Below, piece after piece: positions 12,701-25,422 of a stretch of DNA of 64,000 nt. This DNA is from Balanoglossus misakiensis (lineage: Eukaryota; Animalia; Hemichordata). The number at the start of each line of letters is the position of its first letter. Position 1 is the first letter of the stretch. The position numbers were made by a program, and so were the translations under genes. The notes under the pieces are model-generated. The model made no database searches and had not been told where the DNA came from. It saw only the letters and a program-made list of their open reading frames with translations. The DNA lies in contig CM082576.2 in the NCBI GenBank assembly GCA_040954595.2, positions 12,775,129 through 12,839,128 of the forward strand, given 5' to 3'.

Positions 12701-15700
12701 AGCCTTGAGGGCTGGGTGGCTACTGATTTCGTTTGAGCCAATTTCTTGTCAAAGGAGGATATAAAAATCTGAAAGCAGTGACGTGTCACCCAAAATCGAG
12801 CTACAAGAAACATTTAATTAAGTGTGATAACTGACAGGTTTATTTTTGTATTAAAATGATAACGCCATGTGCAGAATAAGACATGCATAGTATCTGCAGG
12901 CTCATGTCGGTCTGTTGTATACATGTACTATACACTTTCAAATTCCCATACCCATACCCATACCAGCAATATCTCTCCTTAATTGGCCAGGCAACAATGA
13001 TTGGACATTTTCCAAGTATCTGTCAATGTCCAGACTGTACTGAGAGATCATCCTACACTCTCATATGATCAGCATAAACATGTAATGTTCGCTGACCTCT
13101 GCATGACCCATTTGACCTCAAAAAGGTTGTAGATACACGCAGAGGTAAAGGTCTTGAATATTGGGTATCTTTTAATTGAATGTGCAATGCCATGTTCATT
13201 GAACCCATTGTCACAATACACAGCGAGGTACATGCATGTCCACACACATGTAAGCTGATCAAACAACATGAAATCAAAATACTCGAACCTTGTATGTCAC
13301 CATAGCAACACATCCCAAACATTTTACTGCCCCCAAACCCACCCCAGGCCATTACCATCAGCATCCACCCACCCACCGAATCAAATTGTCAACAACTCAC
13401 GAAATATGTGTTTTTGATTTTCAAAAAACAGTGGAATTAAAATTTTCCTTAAGCCAGACGACGTATCCCCGCTCCTGCATCCTCAACATGTAAACACATA
13501 CATGTACATTCTACATCTGACGCTGCAGTGGTCATGTTGTCTATATTGATCAACTGTCATACGATAGATTCTTACAGAAAATGCAGGTGTTTAATTCACA
13601 CTGCTAGTGGCCTGTGATTCTAAAAAAAAATTAGATGAATAGAAGTGTCTACACAGCAAATGTTGATGATAACATACAACTGTAACGGTGATACGTGTAT
13701 ATCGATAACTTCTGCCTCACAGGCTGCTCATTTCTCTGTGTCCAATAATATCATCTACTTGCAGTTCCCATGGCAACACAAGGTTAATGTTTATTTTGTG
13801 GAGTGATTTATTTCCCACATGAACTGTTTTTGTTGAATTCAGAATTTTTCTTCCATGACCGCAGCCTGTGTTGAGTTAAATTTGTGGAGGGTTAATAAAA
13901 TGTACAGATATTATGTTTGCACCATTGCTCATGAATTGTTTTTTTTCATGCTGCAAAATTTTGAGACTGAAAATTCTTGTATTCACGTTGGGTGCAGAAT
14001 TCTTGTGCTGTTAATATGTGTGTACCTGGGGCATGTATGTAAATGTATGTATGTATCATACATTAAAAACATACATCCATGGAGTGATGTACGGTACATC
14101 ATCAATGCCTTGCTGGCATTTTCTAATCTGTTAGTAAAAGTACTGTCCACCACTGCAATTTTCAGAAATAACATTTTGCCATGTTTTCCTTGCCATATGT
14201 GTATTTGTATGTGTGTACATATATGAATGTAATTGTGAATGTTTGCGTATCAGGTTGGGCTCTACACTGAAGGATGTATGTTTGCACATCTGCCCCATTT
14301 CATGTGACGTCTTTAAACTGCAAAGTTCGGTTTATACCAGTTGCTTGAAAATAACAGATGCACAAACACAAGATGTGCTTGTAGCATTTCAAGGTTTCCC
14401 ACCGCAAGTTTTCTTTTATTTCCTGTTTATTATTTTCATCTCTGCTTTTTGCTGGGTTTTACAGCGATGGTGTGCTTTCATTTATTTGATTCATTTTTTC
14501 ACTCATCATTTCTCCCGCTTGCATTTTTCCCTCGTCTTTTTTTTTATGTTGTCACATTTATGCAGGAAATGGCACAGAAGTACAGCAGCCTTCTCCAGGT
14601 AGAGCTTCGAGCATCCCTACACTTTCCCTAATTTGCACATTATTCATGCTACATGACGTCAAACTGTTATTATCCATCACAGCCAGCTTAATTGCACGCT
14701 CTGAATTTTTTTGCTCTGTGGTCTCAGCATTCCAACTTTGCGGATTAACGCTTTGAAATCAAAATCAAATGCCAATAAAAAACTGTAAGGAATGTGTAGT
14801 GTATTCCATGGCCAGTTTACTTTGTTTGACGCTACTAGACTGACACGAGATAAAATGTACTCTCCCAAAGATAGCTTTGTAATATTTGGTCTCTATCTTG
14901 CCGTTAATTTTCCACGGAGATGAGCGTATAAAACCTGTATTATTAGATTACCAATGTATAGAAAGTTCAAATGTAATGTTTAATGTTGTAAAGCATGTCC
15001 ATTTTATTAAAAAAAATTAAGGCTGGAGCCTGACACAGTGGAATGTCACATTGTCACTGATGGACAGGTTGAAAATGTTCATGTATAAAATTAGCCCCAC
15101 TTTTAAGAATAGTAATGATACTGTAAGTATGCAATTGCACCTTAATGAAAAAAAAAGATTTCTCCCCCCCCCCAAATGACCAGTTATAATTATTAATTAT
15201 CTCTTTGTCTTTTCCGTTAGGTGGCTGTAACGCGTTGTGTATTGCACTGATATGTGCAGCCCTCATATTGGCAGCAGTCGGTATTACGTGTGCGATAGTA
15301 CTGTATGGCAAAAAGAAAAGGAAATGGTAAGTCTTGAGTCACATTGCAACAGACTTCTCCGTTACAACTTGCAGTTGTGACAAACTTGTATACAGTTTGC
15401 ATCCCAGTATCAGGTGTTTTGTTGTACAAACACACTTGTACGATAGGAGCAGTAGCTACATATTATTAAACTTGATACTTTTTGGTTCTGTGCATCGACA
15501 ACAGAGGTTTCTTGCCCCGACTCCTTCGAGCAGTTGAAACATCCAGGGTGTATTTGGCTCTTCAACTTAAAGGTATACGGTCACCTATGGAAAATTAGCT
15601 ATAGTTACCATGGCAAATTTGAGATCTAGCCAATCACAGATTTTCAGTGGGTGGCACACGCGAAAAAAAGAGCGCCACCATATGTTCTTCAGAATGCTCA

Positions 15701-18152
15701 AATACACAAATTCAGCCATGATATACGGACATACTGTATGCACATTGGAGGTGACTGTATACGCCTATATAAGTTAGGATGATGTGCCATGTCTCTTAGT
15801 AAACTGCGGATGTCGACTGTTGGTGCTACAAAGTATAAGTTATATTTAAATTGGAGAATTATGATATTGCTGGCTATCCAGCTGCGATGGAAGTCGGTGT
15901 GCATTCGTGCAGACACTGTGGAGATCCTTGATTAAGAAACCCCAGTTGAGACATAACAAAATACCGGTAGTGATAAAAAAATTTCAAAAACCTTGGTACT
16001 GTATGGTCACTTGACTCACTGTGCCTGGGGATGAGTTTTGAAGATATGCTGTGTCTGTATGGTAAAGTGATAGCCAACTGTTTCACCAGACCCTGTCTGT
16101 GTCAACAGTATGGTTCCATTTTAAAATTCCTCAAGGGTTTCCGTTCAGGGTTTTTTCTTTTGCTCAGTGCCAAACACTTATGTGAAGATGACTGAGTAAT
16201 TGATTTGAAATTACATGTTATATTGTAAGTCCCACTGAAGTAATCTTTAAAAAAAGTGGTGAAGTGATAAATTTGACCGATGCAAAATATTATATTAAAA
16301 ATTAATGTTTGGACATTTGCCTTCAAAAAGTAATAAATTGCTGTGATGTTTGTATTCTCGACACCTGTGATCAATTTATCAAAATTTATATCACACATCC
16401 TATTATTACTCACATTTGATGCCGTGTTTCGTTTTGAATGTTAATTTTTAATTTGTGTGACCCAGAGAGAGGAAAACGTGAATTTTACTTTCTTTGTGAA
16501 TAGTGATGAGAAAGTATTACCTGACATCCTATTCATTGCAGAATTCTCATGAGAAATTGATCATACAATTGCCAGTATATGGTGTTTCCTGCGGCAAGAA
16601 ACTTTAAATTGTGAATGCGAAATAATACTCTTTACGCTTTCCTGTCCAATCTTGGTTTTAATATCGTTGATGCTGGCTCTGTCGAATGGAAATACAGAAA
16701 ATAGACAGACAAGTTACAATTTTATATGGCAAAAAAGTTATTTCATTCTAACTTTAAATATTGAGATAAAAATACCTAATATGCAAGGCTACATGTATAG
16801 AAGGGCAATGAAATGTAAAAACTCTATCAGCCACGAAAGATTTTACCAAATGAGTAATTATGAATGAGAATGTAGGGAAAGTTCATATGTAGATCTTCTT
16901 ATTGTTGTCGTTACAAAGAGAGACTTTTACCTTGAGGATATTTCGCTGTGTGGGTGATAGTGCAACCAATATCCGTATGAAATTATTTCCTGTCGGTAAT
17001 ATAATCCATATTTAATGTGCCTGAAATACTTGTTGATATACTTTGTCCGCATCTGTTTCTGTCTGCGTATACTCACACAGCCTCATCATGTTTCCAGGGG
17101 AAATACCGGGTGTGGTCTCTGTGTGTGTCATGAAATAAAAATGAGTTGTTCCAGGTTACCAGAAATTGAAGGGAAGGGTCCAGGGATATGTTGTGCGAAA
17201 AATGACCACACCCATCCGTAGTACCCTTCTCTCCGTCACACACACTTCTCATTCCTTGAAAGCCAGTTTTGGGAGGAATGGGAATGGGAATTCTCAGGAG
17301 TTTGGACGCTAGAAATGTAAGATACGTAATAGTCAATAATTTCCATTTGTGTCATTTCTGTCTTCCCAGGTGTTGGAAAGAGAAGTCTTCGAAGGGTGGA
17401 AGAACATTCTACCCAAAGCCTGGTGATGTTGGTGCTGCGTCAAGTGTGGAAATGGGTAGGTTTTCCCCCTATTAAATTCCTAAATGGTTTGGTCTGGATG
17501 CATTGCCTTCTATGGCAGAGTTGGACCTCTATGGAGAGAAATGGGGGCAGAGGATGAAAACACATTTTCCTTTATGTATATAATTTTGGTAAAATCTTTG
17601 TTGCACGACTCTGCATTAGGTGCTGCGAATCCAGCATTGACTAATGGCGAGAGTCCGACTCACAAGGCGAGTCCCGGCCACAGCGACCCCGGCAGCCCGA
17701 CCAGAAAAAGGCACCACAAGAAGAAACACACCAGGAGCCATTCGCCAAGTCCAGCACACTCTGGCAAAGTGGGGCCGGCCACGGAGACGGACGGCGTGAG
17801 CAAAAGCACGGATCCGCTCTTCGATCCGGATGCCAAGTACGTGTACCCGGGAACGCCACCGCGAGATCTACCCCCGGTAAACACAGAAGAGAACGACGAG
17901 AGCCCCAGGAGAAAGAAGAAAAAGAAGAGGAAACACAAGAAGAAGGCGGAGATCGCCGGTGACGAGGAGGAGACAGGGCAGCCCACGCTGGTCAGCGTTA
18001 ATCCGAAACACATGAAGTCAACGGCGCAATCGTCAGTGGAGCCGTTACCACCGGTCAACGTCACCGCACCACCCAGCGCGCTCTCTCCTCTCAAAAACCC
18101 GAGACCGTTGCCGACGTTGCCTCCGTTGGGGACATCCGACGGACACGCGTAG
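6718..18152 (+). CDS. Type I mucin-stalked membrane protein (gene 3, ~490-510 aa); exons 6718-6762, 7512-7653, 9340-9702, 10458-10643, [11287-11310], [14566-14598], 15221-15326, 17370-17455, 17620-18152
   Basis: Signal-like MAKTANWDSYLCLSL|CFIAIELSGVHT; Cys motif EQYCYGSVSSTKLTCTGCPPDLPGPP; two Thr/Ala/Pro-rich exons; TM GGCNALCIALICAALILAAVGITCAIVLY followed by GKKKRK; long basic/Pro-rich tail. All junctions are GT-AG and in frame; bracketed small exons are less certain. Confidence 0.75.
7748..7877. mobile_element. MITE (~130 bp), Tc1/mariner-type termini
   Basis: 22-bp TIR ctgtaaaacgggaaattttcgc ... gcgaaaatttcccgttttacag. Left flank TA; right flank AA (degenerate TSD). Confidence 0.8.
15567..15707 (+). 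mobile_element. Interspersed repeat / DNA transposon end (copy B)
   Basis: ttaa|aggtatacggtcacctatgg...gctcaaatacac is an inverted copy of 5712-5850. Confidence 0.7.
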
Positions 18153-21108
18153 TCACACCCGTCCATCCACAGTCCGCAAAATGTGAATAATTTTCTATTC
18201 AGCGAATAATGAAATTAATACAGTACAATACAAAAATATGTATCCTATCATACGATTTACCTTGTGATGTACAAAAAAACATAGTATTAATTTCAGCCAT
18301 GCTTGCAATAATCAGATCCCGTTCATAATCATTTTCATTTCCGTCCATGTGAAAAAAATCCTCCGGGATCTAAATTTGTCACAACATAAAATTAACATGT
18401 AACAAAGTGAACGAACTGAGGATATATCCCCCAAAGCCATGACCTTTGATCTTTTGCCAGTTGCAACCCTCAAAATATTTGTATATTAAAAACTGTGCCA
18501 AAAATTATTTCAATGCAGCGTAGCAGCAAGAGAGATGAAGAGCAGTAGAGTTTATTTTTGTAGGTAAGAAGACGTGTGCTAAAGAAACAGGACATATATG
18601 CATTATTTTGCTCAAAGTGTGTGGGAAAACACTTTGGTTATGTTTTCTGTATCTTTTGCGCAAAAGTAGCTTTATATTTTTTGGAGGTGACAGCATATTT
18701 GAACAAAATCCCATCGACTGTCCTGGTGTGCAATTACATGTCCGATAATAAAATGCGTTGCCAAATATTTGCAGTTGATGAACATTTTAGCCATATGGAT
18801 GACTTATCCAGGCATTGTGATCACAATGGTATACATGTACACACATTGTACATTTACCAAATGAAAACTAAAATTTCCTTCGTGATATTTTTGCTTACTA
18901 CAATCACATGTGTACATTAATTTTTAAATTAGAAATATCATTAGGTTAAGTTGTGTAGTTTACATCTCTCAGGTAGATAGACCCTAAGGCTGATAATCTG
19001 CGACATGTTTTAATAACACTCTATACATTCAATTAATGTGTACATGATACAATGTCTTTCAGATTTGCTGCAAAAGTATTTCAGTTTCAACTCATTTTCC
19101 TGTCAAAATAGAGGCTGTTGTTTTATATTTACTTTTCTGTTCGTATGTGATGATGTTTTTTATGTTATTGGATATTTTGTTGTGAGACCCTGCAGGTCAA
19201 AGGTCAACACTGCGTTGAAACTGGTTTTTATTGCATAAACGGTATCATGTTATATGAAAATAACAATTTCCTGACTGAGACTCATGACATCATTTGAAGT
19301 TAAAATTTGGAAACGAAGGATTGATTTACAGGTTTTTTTCAATTATTATCATGATCACACAGATTGCTTGTTCATGAATCATAAAGCGCAAGATCAATAC
19401 GGAGATGATGGTGAAACATTGCTGTCAAGTGAATGACAAACCAGCAGACGGTGTGGATTTTTGTTTGATTTATGTCGGATTCCCGCCGATTTATTGTACA
19501 GTTTTAGAACATCCGTATTTTTTTAGCCGCTTTTTCAGTGATGGCATTCATTGGATCAGTATCATGATACATGAACCAAACATGTTGTGTATCATACATG
19601 GTTTTATGTGTACAATAGTTTCATTTGTTCAGTGTTGCCATATGAATTGACTCTGCAGATACCATGCTTTGCCTACAAATACATCATGCATCTGTTTGTG
19701 AAACTCTCTGTCTGCAGGCAACTGAAAGTCAATCGACATGAGGATTGACTTGTTGGTTCAGAAACTTTCACTACGATATCGGCAAAATGTCAATTTTGTT
19801 GTGTGTTCATCAGATCTTTTATGTTTCCATGTTCATGTACTACCGGTATCAAACAAGGAAAATATCTAAATACATTGTATCACAATATGGACCTTCTTCT
19901 ATGTGTCAAAATGTATTTATCCTCATTCGAAGGACCAAAATGATTAATTCTGTCTGGCAATATTGTGTTATGAATGTTATGGCCCTTATGAGTACATGTG
20001 CACATGCCGTATGGGCATTCAAAGTAGGGACCTTTGTTTTATATAGCTAACATAATCACAGATGAAAGTGTTTTCATCATATCACAAAGCAGAGCCTATC
20101 TTCACTTTTGTTATGTTTAAGCCTGAAATCAGAGTTACAGGTTTTTTTCTGTTACCATAGTAACAGTATCTGACAGTATATACAAGTGCCAATGACATTT
20201 TTGCTTCCACTTTTATGAAATGTAAATAAGAAACTTTATTTCAAAATGTTTCAAATCGTTAATGTAGGCACATAGAATATTTTTATGAAAGATCTCACCG
20301 CACTGATTTACAGAAAAGTTTGAAAATAATGTGCAAGATGGTTAAATTATGAGTACCTGGTACTACAGTTTCGTCCATACATGTTTGTAGTACATTTCTT
20401 TCTGAAAGTTTTCATCAACATTGATGTTTCAAATTTGTTAAATTTATATGTGACCCTGTATTTTATTAGTTGTATAGTATTTATCTGGTTGTGTCGTTTT
20501 ACATGTACATATATAATTATGTTACTGTTATCTCAATTATAAATCTTTAACTATTACTTGAATGGAGCATTCTGCATGGGTTATTAAGCAATGACCCTTC
20601 TACCAAGGGCAGGTATACCACATGGAATCTTTCGTCTTTGCCTGAAAACAAACGTCTTCCATGCTATGTTTAAATTTACCCCTGGGTCCGCCAGTTCGAT
20701 TTTATTTGGACCAATAACATTTCTGTAAACAGCGCCCTCGGTGGCAGGGGCCAGTGTGCCCTCTAACTATGTTAAAAAGCTTCGTCAATTAAGAATTTCT
20801 AAATTTAAAAAAAAATTCTGAGACATCTCTGTACCTTTGCATGTAGTATGGCTAATGGTTTTGAGTCACCAGTAAGTTTATTGAGTCAGTGGCATGTCAT
20901 ATAGGCTTAGAGGACACACTAGTCCTTACTACTTATAGCTTTGTTTCCATAGCAACGAGAAATTTCTATAACCTTGATCATGGCGAATGAACTGACAACG
21001 TTGGGGCAGAAACGCACAACACACAATTTCTTTACAAGATTTTTTTTACTATTTTTTTATCTCAGTGAAAGCAACGTCAGAAATTACATTTTAACAGATG
21101 TATTGATT

Positions 21109-22976
<1,868 letters not shown>

Positions 22977-23108
22977 CTTGGTAGTCAAAACCCACCTATA
23001 ATGAAAGAGACAAAACTATATTGTTCAATGATTCTCGTTATTTATAATTTTCATGGAAAGGGACTGAAATATTAACATTTCAGCAGACCGCATGATTTTC
23101 ATGCCTAC

Positions 23109-23138
23109 CTCACAAGATGGATGACCTGCAGGAAGAGG
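23109..23138 (-). promoter_or_regulatory. RPS27A: RPS27A non-coding exon 1 beginning with a 5'TOP/TCT initiator
   Basis: Minus strand cctcttcctgcaggtcatccatcttgtgag|gtaggc: pyrimidine start typical of ribosomal protein genes. Splices to the exon 2 acceptor at 22995. Confidence 0.75.
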
Positions 23139-23462
23139 TCGCAGAAAGCATGGATTTCCCGAACTGAACCCACAGGGACATAATAAATATCGCCATCTAG
23201 AGGCAGGATTAGAAAATACTTACCCCAATGTAAAACGATTTAGGATCAGATATGATTTCAGATTTTTGGGATCAGAGAAATCTAACAGATCTGGGTGAAG
23301 TTGTCCAATAATATTGAAGAACACAACCAATAAATATTCTTGTTGAAATCCCACTATTGATGTTGACAATGACAAAACATCGAGTATGAACCGCCGAAAG
23401 TGCCACGGCTTAAAATCTGAAAATCAATCTGAATTTAAGGCTAATTCCAACTCCAACCGAAA
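23139..23462. promoter_or_regulatory. Bidirectional promoter between RPS27A and TTC7
   Basis: Only ~325 bp between the inferred RPS27A start site and the TTC7 ATG. Contains a CTCF-like cgccatctagagg (23191-23203) and a CCAAT (~23327). Confidence 0.65.
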
Positions 23463-23879
23463 ATGGCTGCTTCAAAGAAGCAGACTATGCGACTGGAGCA
23501 AGAAATTGAGAAAAACAGAACAGAATGCAATTGGGATAAGGTCGCAGCTATCACAAAGCAGCTGCATAGTGGCAAGGGGTCTACCAGTTTGGGTGAGTGC
23601 TGGCGTCATTAATTTGTCTTCGATGAATATGTGCGATTCCAATGGTTACATACATTGCTCGGCAGGTGTGCATAGGAAATTCACTGATTGATTAATTATG
23701 GAAGTGACATATATATGTACAGGCTCTGGAATCCACTGACTGACAATCCACTGGCTTGATTCAACATGTTGAATCAGGCCCCATTCAGTGGAATTCCGCT
23801 GCCTATCATATGGCGATGATGATGGTGGTGGTGATGGGGGTTGTGGTGATGATGATTGTTGACGTTGTTGTGGTGGTGG

Positions 23880-23918
<39 letters not shown>

Positions 23919-25380
23919 GTTATCATATAGTTAATGAAAATATCATATTGGAATATGTGAAATTCTAGCTTTATGAATCTTGTAGAGAAAGATTTTCTGA
24001 TTTTAAAAAAATCTGCTGAAAGGAGTGATTATGTATTCTTGTGGTACATGTATACTTACTAGGAACGCAATATTTTTATTTCATATGTGTCATTTATATA
24101 GGTACCTGGCAACTAGAATATTATGGACCAGACCTTGACCCTAAACTTTGGTCATCAACATGATCAATGCCAGCATGAATAAAAATAAAGTACTTGTTGA
24201 CTGCTTGGATCCCATCTGTTACTAGTATTGCCACAGGGAACTCAGTAATTTTGTTATTGTTATTGTTGTTGTTGTTGTTGTTGTTGTTAAGATTGGTAAT
24301 AAAATTTAAAAAAAATCAATGTGTCATTTCTTGCTATGTTTGTCGATGTTGTAGATAACTGTAAAAAAAAAACCCAACCATAATCGTGGAAAACACGACC
24401 TAGGTCGCCGAATGTCACTACCGTCTTACATACAGGCAAGGGTGGAATCCACATGCCCTGATCTAGGCTCATGGGCCACCTTCAAGGCCCTGAAAAATCA
24501 CCCCATTCACCAGCGAGCGATTAAATTATGCCACCATAGGCATTGAAATTTATCTCACTGACCTAATTTGGGCTTCACTTCATCTATCGACCTGCAAACG
24601 AGTGGAAAAACGGCGATTTCCAAGTCGTACCCAGTCAAATTCAATCACATTTGAATGACGCGACCGGTGGTGATGGCTCCATTTCTCTGCCTATTTAAAT
24701 TGACCAATCGGGCGCCCTGTAAAGGCTGCCTCGGCCACCGCTCAACTCGTACGAGTACGTGTAACTGCGTTCAAAATAACGCGAAAAAAAGGAGGCGAAA
24801 CCTTAAGAGTCATACAGATAAATGGATACTTCCCAACTTTGTCATAAAATCTACCATTTTACGTCTTGAATACAGTGCAGTCGATAGTCAGAACGTACAC
24901 TTCCGGGTGTTGCTCGTACGAGTTGAGCGGTGGCCGAGGCAGCCTTTACAGGGCGCCCGATTGGTCAATTTAAATAGGCAGAGAAATGGAGCCATCACCA
25001 CCGGTCGCGTCATTCAAATGTGATTGAATTTGACTGGGTACGACTTGGAAATCGCCGTTTTTCCACTCGTTTGCAGGTCGATAGATGAAGTGAAGCCCAA
25101 ATTAGGTCAGTGAGATAAATTTCAATGCCTATGGTGGCATAATTTAATCGCTCGCTGGTGAATGGGGTGATTTTTCAGGGCCTTGAAGGTGGCCCATGAG
25201 CCTAGATCAGGGCATGTGGATTCCACCCTTGCCTGTATGTAAGACGGTAGTGACATTCGGCGACCTAGGTCGTGTTTTCCACGATTATGGTTGGGTTTTT
25301 TTTTTACAGTTATCTACAACATCGACAAACATAGCAAGAAATGACACATTGATTTTTTTTTAAATTTTATTACCAATCTT

Positions 25381-25422
<42 letters not shown>

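Noticed and set aside
17660-18166. 168-aa minus-strand ORF
   Set aside because: Antisense shadow of the GC-rich last exon of gene 3.
24655-25023. 122-aa ORF across the foldback centre, considered as a transposase
   Set aside because: No THAP or DDE features; mostly the two inverted arms read through.
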